A DNA stretch of 46,196 bases. It comes from an uncultured bacterium. Lineage in GTDB: Bacteria > Patescibacteriota > Minisyncoccia > Phycocordibacterales > CAIZLB01. How positions within the stretch are numbered: the first letter of the stretch is position 1; each line of letters begins with the position of its first letter. Both the position numbers and the translations under genes were made by a program. The notes under the pieces were generated by a model that worked only from the letters and a program-made list of their open reading frames with translations, was not told the origin of the DNA and did no database searches. Positions 7,941 to 20,737 of the stretch are shown here, in pieces. The stretch lies in assembly GCA_903933735.1 (NCBI GenBank), contig CAIZLB010000052.1, forward strand, positions 1 through 46,196. Direction: 5' to 3'.

Positions 7941-9074
7941 CTAGTTGAAGCCAAGAAACTCATTCTTAAATTCATTCATATGCACCCCTGTATTTTTCTT
8001 TCTCATAGAAATGTTTGAGACTATACCCAGAGATATAAACTCTATCAATATATGCGATCCACCGTAACTCATGAAAGGTAAAGGTATTCCCGTTATAGGC
8101 ATAATACCGAGATTCATTCCTATATTTATCAAAATATGTACACCAAAAAATATAAACACACCCGCCGCAATGAGTGCATCAAAGTTTGTATCTGCTTTCA
8201 TTGCCACAAAAAGAATACGAAGTAATATCATCAAAAATAAAATTAAAACTATAAATACACCAACAAAGCCCCATTCTTCTGCAAAAGCTGAAAAAATAAA
8301 ATCAGTTTGATATTCTGGCAAAAACTTTAACTTAGATTGCGTTCCATAACCAACACCTTTACCCAAAATCTGTCCTGAGCCGACAGCTATAACAGCCTGA
8401 TATTGATTATAACCAGAACCTCTTATATCACGCATCGGATGTATAAAGTTTATAATTCTATCTTTTTGATATTGTTTAAAAGCATATTGCCATCCTAGAC
8501 TTAAAATCAAAATACTTATTGTTCCCAAAATAAGAATATGTTTTTTTGATAACCCTGAAATGAATATAATACCAGCCCATATAGAAAATATAGTCATTGC
8601 CGAACCAAAGTCTGGTTGCAATAAAACCAATAAACATAATACTCCTGCATATATACCGGATATAAAAACATGTTTAAATACCGATATTTCGACATATCTT
8701 TTTGAAAAATATTTTGCCAATAATATTATAAGCACAAGTTTTGCTGGATCTGTTGGTTGTATAGACAAGAATCCAAGCTTAATCCAACTTTGTGCACCCT
8801 TAGCCATATGCCCTGAAACAAAAAGAATTAACAAAGATATTATCGACAATGCATACATAATCAATATAAATTTTCTATTTTTTAAAAAATAAAGATTTGT
8901 TCTCTGTAAGAAAATAAATAAAACTAATCCAAATAAAATCCAAACAGATTGTTTTATAAAACGAGTAGAAACTTCCCCGAAAGATATAAGTGTAAATAAG
9001 GCAAAGAAAGATAAGAGTGTGGCTGGTATTACCAAATACCAATCTATTTTTATACTTCTGCAAAATTTAAACAT
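7941..9074 (-). CDS. ftsW: SEDS-family peptidoglycan glycosyltransferase (FtsW/RodA)
   Basis: The protein is polytopic. It carries the motifs GSGYNQYQA..GSGQILGKG, LPEYQTDFIFS and PFMSYGGSH. Confidence 0.85.
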   Translation of the reverse strand: MFKFCRSIKIDWYLVIPATLLSFFALFTLISFGEVSTRFIKQSVWILFGLVLFIFLQRTNLYFLKNRKFILIMYALSIISLLILFVSGHMAKGAQSWIKLGFLSIQPTDPAKLVLIILLAKYFSKRYVEISVFKHVFISGIYAGVLCLLVLLQPDFGSAMTIFSIWAGIIFISGLSKKHILILGTISILILSLGWQYAFKQYQKDRIINFIHPMRDIRGSGYNQYQAVIAVGSGQILGKGVGYGTQSKLKFLPEYQTDFIFSAFAEEWGFVGVFIVLILFLMILLRILFVAMKADTNFDALIAAGVFIFFGVHILINIGMNLGIMPITGIPLPFMSYGGSHILIEFISLGIVSNISMRKKNTGVHMNEFKNEFLGFN

Positions 9075-9086
9075 ATTTTATTCTTA

Positions 9087-9851
9087 TTATTTCAAAGCCA
9101 GATTTGGAATAATTTCTATCTTTGATGGTTTAAAATTGATAGGTTCTGGCCAAGTAAATACAACACTGACTTGTTCTTTATCACCAATCTTATCAATAAA
9201 AGTTCTTGAGGCTAAAACACCATTACCCTCTTCATCATATATGATAACAACAACTTCAACGTTTTTATAAGTATTCAGAGTTTTGTTTACTATCTTGGCA
9301 TCAAGCTTGGGAGATGTATCAAGTCTCGATAGTCTCTGCTCAACAACTTCAAGCTCTGGTTTATTTCCAAAATATTCCAACCAAGTCACAGGTCCAACAA
9401 ATTCAAATGTAACCATCTTAGGAACGAGTTCCCCGGTGATAAGTGTTGGTTCAAAGATAGGAAAAACTTTTGATGTAGGAATACCAACTACACCTTCGCG
9501 AGTTGCAATCAAAACATTTTTATTATCATAAACCTTAAAGATGTACTTAGCGGGTTGACTTATATAATCTACGTTTGGATTTTGAATATAAGCAACTAGA
9601 TTATAAGCACCCTCTGCAACATAATAGGCTCTAGACCATTGTATATCAGGCTCTGCTTTGACATTATACACACAGGCTATACGACATATACCTCCACAAT
9701 CTATACCTCTTTCATCTTGATTTTGTATACCATCAGAACATGATGGTTGTTTTTGCATCTTTTTATATATAAATAAAGACAGAGGTATACTTATAACTAT
9801 TATTAATACAAAAATGATTAGTAGTTTTCTTTTCGCTGACCATGATAACAT
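9087..9851 (-). CDS. membrane-anchored hypothetical protein with a Cys-rich CSDGxQNQDExGxDCGGxC module
   Basis: An N-terminal TM segment is followed by CSDGIQNQDERGIDCGGICRIAC and a beta-rich domain. TATAAT lies 8 nt upstream of the ATG. Confidence 0.6.
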   Translation of the reverse strand: MLSWSAKRKLLIIFVLIIVISIPLSLFIYKKMQKQPSCSDGIQNQDERGIDCGGICRIACVYNVKAEPDIQWSRAYYVAEGAYNLVAYIQNPNVDYISQPAKYIFKVYDNKNVLIATREGVVGIPTSKVFPIFEPTLITGELVPKMVTFEFVGPVTWLEYFGNKPELEVVEQRLSRLDTSPKLDAKIVNKTLNTYKNVEVVVIIYDEEGNGVLASRTFIDKIGDKEQVSVVFTWPEPINFKPSKIEIIPNLALK

Positions 9852-9870
9852 ATATTGGTATTATAACATA

Positions 9871-9897
9871 AAAAAACCACCATGCGGCGGGTTTTTT
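9871..9897 (-). terminator. intrinsic terminator of the rRNA unit
   Basis: On the minus strand, CCGCC(gcau)GGUGG is followed by a U run, directly after the 5S gene. Confidence 0.5.
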
Positions 9898-9926
9898 ATT
9901 TTCTTTAAAAGAAAAATCGACTACTT

Positions 9927-10042
9927 TGTTCCGGCGACAAGCTACTCTCCTTGCGTAAAGCTTGTACCATCGCCTTAAGAGGGCTTAACTTCTGAGTTCG
10001 GAATGAGATCAGGTGTGGCCCCTCCAACGAGTCACCAGAACA
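9927..10042 (-). rRNA. rrf: 5S rRNA
   Basis: The sense strand reads TTCTGGTGAC...CCACACCTGATCTCATTCCGAACTCAGAAGTTAAGC...GAGAGTAGCTTGTCGCCGGAA. Helix I pairing and the conserved loop C / helix III sequence are present. Confidence 0.85.
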
Positions 10043-10080
10043 AAAAAGTCGATACTTTTTTATTTTCAATTACAATTTAA

Positions 10081-13473
<3,393 letters not shown>

Positions 13474-13696
13474 TTATCTATCTGCGTTTACCTAATTTTT
13501 CGACAAGGGGCTTTCCTGAAAAATTCCCTGTCGCCAAATCGTTTACTCAACGATCTGTTTACGCGATAGTTTGTAATTGTCAATTTGCAAAGAAAGAATC
13601 CGTTCTCAGGAAAAGCGGACATTAAACTTTTAAGCTATTGCTTTTGGTTTTATATCCGCTTTTTTCTTTGATTTATATCATACTGTATGGTCGTCT

Positions 13697-13724
13697 ATTA
13701 TACTCGAATCATAAATAAAGTCAA
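13697..13724 (-). promoter_or_regulatory. candidate rRNA promoter (TTGACT, 16-nt spacer, TATAAT)
   Basis: On the minus strand, TTGACT lies at 13724-13719 and TATAAT at 13702-13697. This is about 220 nt upstream of the 23S processing stem. Confidence 0.5.
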
Positions 13725-13772
13725 GCATTACTCTTAACTTATTTATGTGGGTAATTTGTGGACTATTTTATA

Positions 13773-14513
13773 TTAAGTTTGTATCAGTTTTTTGCTAGGT
13801 TTTGAGCTGGAATCTAAGCGCCATTTATCTATCTCTTTGTGGTTCCCCGACAGCAAAACTTTGGGTACTTTGTATTTTTTACCTTTATATACAAAGACTT
13901 CTGGTCTTGTATAAACCGTAGAAGAGGATATGCGTGATTCCTCTCGACTTTCGAATTTTCCAAGAACACCCTCTATCTGACGACTAATGACATCTATCAT
14001 AATAAGTGCAGGCAATTCCCCGCCTGTTGTCACCCAAGGACCAACAGATACGTCTATCATTTTAAAAACCTTCTTAACTCTTGCGTCTATACCCTCATAT
14101 CGTCCGCAGACTATGATTATATCTGTATATTTTTTAGAAAATTTGGTAGCAAGCTCTGTATTGAATTGTTCACCGTCAGGAGACAGAAAAACTATCAAAG
14201 TCTTATTCTTGATTATTGTTTTTTTGGACAATATTTTCTCTATAGACTTAACAACAGGATCGGCTTTTATGACCATACCAGGGCCACCACCATATGGTTT
14301 GTCATCAACCTTTAGCATAGGCCTATCTTTTGCTTTCTGGACCTTGGTAGGCTTTACAAAGTCTCGTGGATTATTAAAACTGATTTTGATAAGTTTGTTT
14401 TCTATAGCACGAGCTATGATGGATTTATCTATATATGAATCAAAAGACTCCGGGAAAAGAGATATTATATGAAAATTTAAAACGGTCTTATTCTTATTAG
14501 TATTCACACCCAT
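13773..14513 (-). CDS. trmD: tRNA (guanine37-N1)-methyltransferase
   Basis: The motifs DDKPYGGGPGMV, GRYEGIDARV and TTGGELPALIMIDV are present. Confidence 0.9.
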   Translation of the reverse strand: MGVNTNKNKTVLNFHIISLFPESFDSYIDKSIIARAIENKLIKISFNNPRDFVKPTKVQKAKDRPMLKVDDKPYGGGPGMVIKADPVVKSIEKILSKKTIIKNKTLIVFLSPDGEQFNTELATKFSKKYTDIIIVCGRYEGIDARVKKVFKMIDVSVGPWVTTGGELPALIMIDVISRQIEGVLGKFESREESRISSSTVYTRPEVFVYKGKKYKVPKVLLSGNHKEIDKWRLDSSSKPSKKLIQT

Positions 14514-14576
14514 AGTCGACTAGCCGAGTGCGAGCTCCAAACGAAATATTTTGTGAGTGCAGTGGCTAGTCGACTA
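14513..14576 (-). promoter_or_regulatory. 13-bp perfect hairpin whose 3' arm abuts the trmD start codon
   Basis: On the minus strand: TAGTCGACTAGCC (14576-14564), a 38-nt loop, then GGCTAGTCGACTA (14525-14513). The final A is the A of the ATG. Confidence 0.5.
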
Positions 14577-14620
14577 TATTAATGAATACCCTATTATTAT
14601 ATACGTATTTACAAAAATAG

Positions 14621-14720
14621 TAAAACCCCGTTACCTTGCGGTTTCGGGGCCTTGCTAATTTCGTTTGGAATTTCAGAGATAATCATTGATTGCTCAACTT
14701 TTATTTCCTAACCTCACGTA
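14621..14720 (-). ncRNA. candidate ~100-nt small transcript or attenuator between its own promoter and an intrinsic terminator
   Basis: The promoter at 14725-14753 and the terminator CCCCG(N14)CGGGG plus UUUU (14649-14621) bracket about 100 nt with no ORF. The transcript contains UCCAAACGAAAU, which is complementary to the loop of the trmD leader hairpin. Confidence 0.35.
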
Positions 14721-14724
14721 AGTG

Positions 14725-14753
14725 ATGATAGCATGATTGACTGTCAAAGTCAA
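14725..14753 (-). promoter_or_regulatory. sigma70-like promoter (TTGACT, 17-nt spacer, TATCAT)
   Basis: On the minus strand, TTGACT lies at 14753-14748 and TATCAT at 14730-14725. It lies just after the stop of the upstream membrane-protein gene. Confidence 0.45.
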
Positions 14754-14770
14754 GCTTTTCTGTAAAACTA

Positions 14771-15475
14771 TTATCTTCTAGTAGTTAACTCTTCTCCTGC
14801 CTTAGATAATATACGTGTAGCCATCTCTTTTCCACCTAGACCGAAAGCTATACCCGCTGCCAATGAGGCTGCAACAACTATACCGATGAATACTGTATTT
14901 ATAAGAGTAACCGCTATACCTATCTGTACCAAAGCTGACAACACTGCAAAGACTATTATAGCAACCTTTGTAAGTGTTCCTAGCATACGAGCTGAAGATA
15001 GATGAGCGTTTGCAGCAGCTGTTATAACAACTTTTTTCATAATATCTCCTATTATGAAAGAAAGAAGTAGTATGATTATTGCTATAATTATCTTTGGAAG
15101 ATACATAGCAAGCATTGATCCTAATATCAATGACACTTCACCTAGACCTAGCATCTGAAGTATTGCTAGAAACATTATAACTATAATTGACCATTTTAAT
15201 ATTCCACCAAAGAAAGATCCTGTGTTTAAGTTCAGACCACCTTTACGTAATATACTATCTACACCAGCTTGTTTTAAAGCCGAATCCAGTCTAACTTTAT
15301 CAAATATTTTTTTTAGTAATTTACCTAGATAATCAGCAGCAACCCAAGTTATTACAAAGACTATTACTGCGAATAATATAAGTAGACCGTATCCAAATAG
15401 AGCTTCTTTCACACCAGAGTATGAATCTGATACAGCACTACCTACTGAACCTGAAATAAATGTTTGTGACGGCAT
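14771..15475 (-). CDS. integral membrane protein with repeated conserved-TM-helix modules (MscS-associated TM_helix-like)
   Basis: This 234-aa polytopic protein has repeated segments of the type ...LGKLLKKIFDK.. / ..IIGDIMKKVV... The family call is tentative. Confidence 0.55.
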   Translation of the reverse strand: MPSQTFISGSVGSAVSDSYSGVKEALFGYGLLILFAVIVFVITWVAADYLGKLLKKIFDKVRLDSALKQAGVDSILRKGGLNLNTGSFFGGILKWSIIVIMFLAILQMLGLGEVSLILGSMLAMYLPKIIIAIIILLLSFIIGDIMKKVVITAAANAHLSSARMLGTLTKVAIIVFAVLSALVQIGIAVTLINTVFIGIVVAASLAAGIAFGLGGKEMATRILSKAGEELTTRR

Positions 15476-15534
15476 ATGTTTTTTGTTTTTTGTTATTTAT
15501 TAAATTTATAATACCCTTTAATTATATCACATAA

Positions 15535-16323
15535 TTATCTGAAAAAAGAAATCTTATCCATAGCAACTAGGTGATCAAAGTCCAAAACATCTCTGATAAG
15601 TTTATCCCCTATCGAATGTCTATACTTAAAATCAACTTGATCTAGAGCACAATAACTCAATTCTTTACCCATAACATATTCCAATTCTGATATCACATCA
15701 TCGACATTATCAGGGATTTTTTCGAACACTAATAATAAATCGATGTTAGAATTGATAGAATTTGAAAGTGATTTTTGTTTACCTAATTGCTTAGTGAAGA
15801 AACCAGATAGTAAAACCAGCTTCAACCTGTTTAATTTGTTTAATTTTTCCAAAATCTTATCTGTAGATCTTGGAATAACAGAAAGGATCAACTCAGTTAT
15901 CTCTTCAAGCAGTGGAAAAGTCAGATCGGTCTTATAAGTTATGAGTTTTTCTTTTTTACTTGCTTTTATTATACCAAGCCTCATAAGTTCACGTAATTCC
16001 AATATAAGGTTGTCGCCTTTTATCTTAGTTAGCTTAGTTAAATCTTTTAAAATAAAATCTTTAGAGGTATTCAGAAGAAAAACTTTCCATAATTTTACTT
16101 TATTGGCACTACCTAAAAAATTTTCCAATATCTGTACATCTGTTATACCCTTAGAGTCTATTATTATTTCTTTTGGTTTTGGAGGTGTTATGATCTGCAA
16201 CTTCTTTATAATAGGTTTTATGGTTTTTTTGACAACTTTTTTTGTTGTCTTTTTTACTATCTTTATAATAGGTTTCCTGGCTGGTTTCTTGATAGTTTTT
16301 TTAACTGATTTTTTCTTAGTCAT
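15535..16323 (-). CDS. lysine-rich (histone H1-like tail) protein with wHTH-like and degenerate nucleotidyltransferase-like regions
   Basis: The N-terminal ~45 aa are K-rich repeats (KKTIKKPARKPIIKIVKKTTKKVVKKTIKPIIKK). A wHTH-like segment (LTKLTKIKGDNLILELRELMRLGII) follows. The C-terminal region (LLSGFF...IDLLLVF) resembles a degenerate minimal nucleotidyltransferase. Confidence 0.5.
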   Translation of the reverse strand: MTKKKSVKKTIKKPARKPIIKIVKKTTKKVVKKTIKPIIKKLQIITPPKPKEIIIDSKGITDVQILENFLGSANKVKLWKVFLLNTSKDFILKDLTKLTKIKGDNLILELRELMRLGIIKASKKEKLITYKTDLTFPLLEEITELILSVIPRSTDKILEKLNKLNRLKLVLLSGFFTKQLGKQKSLSNSINSNIDLLLVFEKIPDNVDDVISELEYVMGKELSYCALDQVDFKYRHSIGDKLIRDVLDFDHLVAMDKISFFR

Positions 16324-16352
16324 ATTATAAATGTAACATGTTTTGGAAAAAT

Positions 16353-16383
16353 AAAAAAACCATATATGTTATATGGCTTTTTT
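16353..16383 (-). terminator. intrinsic (bidirectional-looking) terminator after rplL
   Basis: The stem CCATATA(tgt)TATATGG is flanked by an A run and a T run. Confidence 0.55.
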
Positions 16384-16410
16384 ATTATATAAAAACTAGG
16401 TTTTGTCGAA

Positions 16411-16827
16411 TTATTTCAATTCTACAGATCCACCAGCTTCTTCTATTTGTTTCTTTAGAGCCTCTGCCTCTTCTTTTTTCATACCTGCTTTGATTACAGA
16501 TGGAGCAGCATCAACTAAATCTTTAGCCTCTTTAAGACCTAGACCTAGAACTTCTTTGATAACCTTGATAACTGAGATCTTATTGGCACCTCCGTCTTTT
16601 AGATTAACATCGAATGATGTTTTCTCATCTGCAGCTGCGGCACCTGCGGCTGGAGCAGCTACAGCTACAGCTGAAGCTGATACTCCGAACTTTTTCTCTA
16701 GGAATTTTACTAATTCGTGTAATTCTAGAACAGACATTTTTTCTATTGAATCTACAACTGTTTTAAATTTAGCTGGAGTTTCAACAACTTCATCTGCTGT
16801 TTGTGTTGTTATTGTTTCTTCTGACAT
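16411..16827 (-). CDS. rplL: 50S ribosomal protein L7/L12
   Basis: An Ala-rich hinge ([14 protein letters not shown]) is followed by the C-terminal domain [18 protein letters not shown]...[10 protein letters not shown]. Confidence 0.95.
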   Translation of the reverse strand: MSEETITTQTADEVVETPAKFKTVVDSIEKMSVLELHELVKFLEKKFGVSASAVAVAAPAAGAAAADEKTSFDVNLKDGGANKISVIKVIKEVLGLGLKEAKDLVDAAPSVIKAGMKKEEAEALKKQIEEAGGSVELK

Positions 16828-16875
16828 AATTTTATTATTGATTTAAATTATTTTTAATAAATATAGTTGATAGTA

Positions 16876-17364
16876 TTAGTTCTCTTTTTTCGCAATAGCG
16901 TCAAGAGCCAATACAAATCGTTGTATAGGTGAATTGATAAGTTGAACAAATTGAGCTTGTAATGTTTTGAAGTCTGGTATAGAAGCGATTGACATCATTT
17001 CTTCCTTTGACTTGTATTCATTATCAAATATACCACCTATGATTGAAAGTTTATCTTTGAATTTTTTTGTAAATCCAAGAACCTCTCTCGCTGGGGCAAG
17101 TAAATCTTCTCCATATACCAATGCCACTTCTCCATCAAGAGATGGTAATTCGCCTTTGATACCTAGATCAGACAACGCTCTTTTGATCAATGTTTTTTTA
17201 GCAACCCTATATCCAATATTTGCCTTTCGTAGTTCATTTCGAACTTCGCCTGTTTCTATCACATTTAATTTGTGAAAATTCACAAACACTAATGATCCTG
17301 ATTTCTTAGCAATATTTGATACATCTGATACAACTTCAACTTTTTTGTTTTTTGAAATTGCCAT
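16876..17364 (-). CDS. rplJ: 50S ribosomal protein L10
   Basis: This is a 162-aa protein with the L10 pattern (..FVNFHKLNV.E...LR..L......YRVAKKTL..RA). It lies immediately upstream of rplL. Confidence 0.9.
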   Translation of the reverse strand: MAISKNKKVEVVSDVSNIAKKSGSLVFVNFHKLNVIETGEVRNELRKANIGYRVAKKTLIKRALSDLGIKGELPSLDGEVALVYGEDLLAPAREVLGFTKKFKDKLSIIGGIFDNEYKSKEEMMSIASIPDFKTLQAQFVQLINSPIQRFVLALDAIAKKEN

Positions 17365-17476
17365 ATATTGATTTATATTAAGTTTCTATTTTTAATTAGG
17401 CCAAGTATCTACACAGGATTTACGTCTTTTGGACACCTATGGTATTCGAGACCATGTGTCATAGATTAACATTATT
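17365..17476 (-). promoter_or_regulatory. possible rplJ (L10) leader
   Basis: This 112-nt untranslated region upstream of rplJ contains GC-richer pairing segments (CACATGGTCTCGAATACCATAGGTG). The L10-leader identity was not verified. Confidence 0.25.
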
Positions 17477-20026
17477 TTATAACCTTAGCAATAGTATACT
17501 TAGATAGACATAATCCTCTTTTAACTTAGAATATCTGGCTTTTAAAGTTGCGCTGTAGGCGATCTTGTTTATGGAACTGACGGCATCAGAGACTTTCTTT
17601 TTGAGTGAGGCTAAGTATTTTGAATCCTTATTCGTTCTGTAGAATTCTATTCTACGAATATATCTATCTTTTAAATATCTTTCCATAGTGGATGATTTTA
17701 TATCGGCTATTATCTTATTTATTATTTCTTCTTCTGATAATTTTATAGTATTTACAAAATCGATAATCTTACCAGTCAGAGGTAGATTTAGAGATAAGGT
17801 TTTAAAATAATCATCACTCTTTAGTATCATAAGCACATCTTTAAATACCGGTATATATTTAAACTCTACGTTTGAAATATTGCCATCTATATTTTTTAAT
17901 ATACTTAGGTCGAGAAAATTATCTGCCTTAGGGTCTATAACGATATTGTCTATTTCCCTATCGTAGAGATAGTTTATCTGATTATCCGATATCTCAAAGC
18001 GGTTATTTTTGTCCAGACTCTCGGTGACATTGCTAAAATCTTCTGATGTATAAGTATAGTATTTGTCTTTATAAACATTATTCATGCCTAAAATAATATC
18101 AATATCAGGTATTGATTTTCCTGTGTTTTCACTAATCTGTAGCAGGTTATAATTATTATTTTTAAGAATCTTGTCATAATCTACACCTAAAATCTCAATT
18201 GGATGAATAATATTATCTATAGTCAATATAACATCTTTATTATTCATGATATTACCATGACTGTTTTTTGTATCTTTAAGGTCAATATATGTTGTCGTGC
18301 CATATCGAGATAAAGATAAATCTTCCACTACGCCATCACCGTTTTTATTATAGCTGGGCATTATTTTATTCTTATTATCAACATATAATCCTGACACTGT
18401 GTTTATGCCCGTTCCTAATATCTGATATACACCCATATGATCTGGATAAATTACATTGTCCAGATTTGAGTGCAAAATTTTTGCCTTACCAAACAGCAAA
18501 GAATTTAAACCTGGGTAATTATTTATAGTATTTTCAATCAAAGCTTTATCTGTGTTTTTATATGTATAGTATTTTTCTGTTGGTAATAATGTATAAGCTG
18601 TCGCCATGTTTTTTCCGAGATCTTTCGCAACAGATGATTTTAAAATAAGGCCACCTGCTATGGATTGATTATGACCATAAAGTAAAGCTGTTATAGCTTG
18701 TGATGTACCGTACTCGGGCATAGCTACGAAAATAACTTTATCGACAATACTGTCTAAGTCTTCTTTTTTTAACTCTGATATAAGTTGTTTAGCCACAAGT
18801 CCCCCATTGCTATGAGTTACTATGGTCACATTACCTGTTTTAGAAGTTTTTTGTAAATCTTGAATAGTTTTAATAAGATCTATTTTGATATCTTTGAAAT
18901 CAATACCTTCGTCAAGAATATAGTCAGATGACATACGCCAATCATAAGGCATGGCTTTATAATTAACGATTACTTTATTTGATTTTAAACTATTTAAATA
19001 ATTCAGAAAGTCTTTGTAAATGTTTTGATCTACCCCAGGTAATCCCCCGAGTATATTTGTTTTACTTATAACCTCTTTTGTATAGACTTTGTTTATACTT
19101 TTTCCAGACACATCCAGAAACAGTTTCTTTACATCAGTATTTCTGTTGGGTTCCCAAAGTTGATTTTGAGCCAAACTGTCCATATATAAACGACTACCCA
19201 TAAGACCTGGGAGGAATATAACGTTTGAGCAACAAATCTTTGCCTTGGTGACGTTTTTATATGGAGAAAATTGTTTAATAGTAAAAGGACCAGCCAATAT
19301 ATTCTTTATTCCATTCTCTGATTCACTTACATACGAATATATATGAGGTTTATCTATTTGAAAAAAATTATTCTCAAGATCTATCTTAGAATTATCATAA
19401 TCGAACATATATGATTCTATGGCAACTTTGTTATTCTCAAAATCGTTTTTGTTTATAGATGCAGATCTGGACCGATGAAAGACCATAGCTTGTTCATTAT
19501 TTACAAATTCTGTATTTTGAATATTTATATGATTTATATTGTCTATATTTAAAACCATACCTCTGTAATTGGACACATTGGAATTGATCAGAGAGAAATT
19601 AGAATTACTATGAAGACTTATTAATTTATCATTACCGGTATTAAAACTAATTAGACTATCTATATAAATATCACTGATATATGATTCCATGAATTTGTTT
19701 ATATTAACTTTGGTATTTTTTACAGAAACTTTTGAGTTAAAAAAACCGAAAATATATGAAAGATTATCTGGTCCAGAAATATCAGATCCGGAAACATTCA
19801 CCACACTACCCTCAAAAGAATTTATATGTCCAGATTCAAAGACGATAGTAGCATCCACAATATTCAAGGTTGAGGAAGATAGGTTTAGATTACCACGGAT
19901 AATATAAGGACTGCCTGCCTCATTCCAATTCAACGTTTTATTAAATACAAAACTATCGGTTACAATAGTTTGCGCCGAGACATCAATAGATAATATTAAA
20001 ATGATTGTTATGATTATTTTTTTCAT
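17477..20026 (-). CDS. secreted protein: N-terminal beta-helix-like repeats plus an LCAT/PGAP1-like alpha/beta-hydrolase (lipase/acyltransferase) domain
   Basis: The start was moved to MKKIIITIILILSIDVSAQT, a signal peptide. N-rich repeats resemble beta-helix repeats. FLPGLMGSRLY and VTIVTHSNGGLVAKQL form an LCAT-type nucleophile elbow. Confidence 0.7.
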   Translation of the reverse strand: MKKIIITIILILSIDVSAQTIVTDSFVFNKTLNWNEAGSPYIIRGNLNLSSSTLNIVDATIVFESGHINSFEGSVVNVSGSDISGPDNLSYIFGFFNSKVSVKNTKVNINKFMESYISDIYIDSLISFNTGNDKLISLHSNSNFSLINSNVSNYRGMVLNIDNINHINIQNTEFVNNEQAMVFHRSRSASINKNDFENNKVAIESYMFDYDNSKIDLENNFFQIDKPHIYSYVSESENGIKNILAGPFTIKQFSPYKNVTKAKICCSNVIFLPGLMGSRLYMDSLAQNQLWEPNRNTDVKKLFLDVSGKSINKVYTKEVISKTNILGGLPGVDQNIYKDFLNYLNSLKSNKVIVNYKAMPYDWRMSSDYILDEGIDFKDIKIDLIKTIQDLQKTSKTGNVTIVTHSNGGLVAKQLISELKKEDLDSIVDKVIFVAMPEYGTSQAITALLYGHNQSIAGGLILKSSVAKDLGKNMATAYTLLPTEKYYTYKNTDKALIENTINNYPGLNSLLFGKAKILHSNLDNVIYPDHMGVYQILGTGINTVSGLYVDNKNKIMPSYNKNGDGVVEDLSLSRYGTTTYIDLKDTKNSHGNIMNNKDVILTIDNIIHPIEILGVDYDKILKNNNYNLLQISENTGKSIPDIDIILGMNNVYKDKYYTYTSEDFSNVTESLDKNNRFEISDNQINYLYDREIDNIVIDPKADNFLDLSILKNIDGNISNVEFKYIPVFKDVLMILKSDDYFKTLSLNLPLTGKIIDFVNTIKLSEEEIINKIIADIKSSTMERYLKDRYIRRIEFYRTNKDSKYLASLKKKVSDAVSSINKIAYSATLKARYSKLKEDYVYLSILLLRL

Positions 20027-20163
20027 ATCACATATTGTACTGATACGAGTTAAAATAATTTTAAAGAAATTCACAAGAAACCCCGAAGACTATATAAAGA
20101 AAAAACCATCCGTGAGGGTGGTTTTTTCGAGAGTGGCCGAGATGTAAATCTCATTAGATATTT

Positions 20164-20607
20164 TTAGAAACCACAAGTTGAAGATGTTATAGCAGATGTA
20201 GTGGCCTTTGCTGTACCAGTTGAATCAACACAAAAATGTTTTGATTCAGATTTTAACAAAGCTGATACCGCCCATGTTGTTGAGGCAGTAGCTGCACAAG
20301 TAACAGTAGTTGATTTTGTTTTAGCACCTGCTACCAAAGCAGTTAGAGTTCCTGTGCCTGAACCTGAAAATATACCGGTGTTACAGGCCGTAGCGGCTGA
20401 AACAGTAATACCATAATCACCATTAGTAGAATAATATAGTTCTGCCTGAGATCTCATACTTGAAAGTGTAGCCTGTATTGCAGAATCCTCCCCTTTTGAT
20501 CTCGCACTTGAAAGTGAAGCCAGCACAATACTCGAAAGTATTCCGATGATCGCGATCACAACCAATAGTTCTATAAGTGTGAATCCTCTTGTTGTTAATT
20601 TTTTCAT
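20164..20607 (-). CDS. type IV pilin / pseudopilin with a prepilin N-methylation signal
   Basis: The N-terminus reads MKKLTTRGFTLIELLVVIAIIGILSSIV. A C-terminal Cys pair (C...C) forms a D-region-like loop. Confidence 0.85.
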   Translation of the reverse strand: MKKLTTRGFTLIELLVVIAIIGILSSIVLASLSSARSKGEDSAIQATLSSMRSQAELYYSTNGDYGITVSAATACNTGIFSGSGTGTLTALVAGAKTKSTTVTCAATASTTWAVSALLKSESKHFCVDSTGTAKATTSAITSSTCGF

Positions 20608-20737
20608 ATTGTTAAATTTAATTTTTTATTTTTTATTAAGTTAGTAAACAAATTAGCTAATCCATTTCTTTTATTCATTTGTAAAAAATAAAAGATACTT
20701 ATATTATACCCTAAATAAAAATTTTTATGCAAACTTT

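Noticed and set aside
20101-20127. An intrinsic terminator after the pilin gene (CCATCC gtga GGGTGG with flanking A and T runs)
   Set aside because: On the minus strand, which is the strand that matters here, the stem has a C-A mismatch and only 5 good pairs. It may work as a weak terminator, but support is too thin to list it as a feature.
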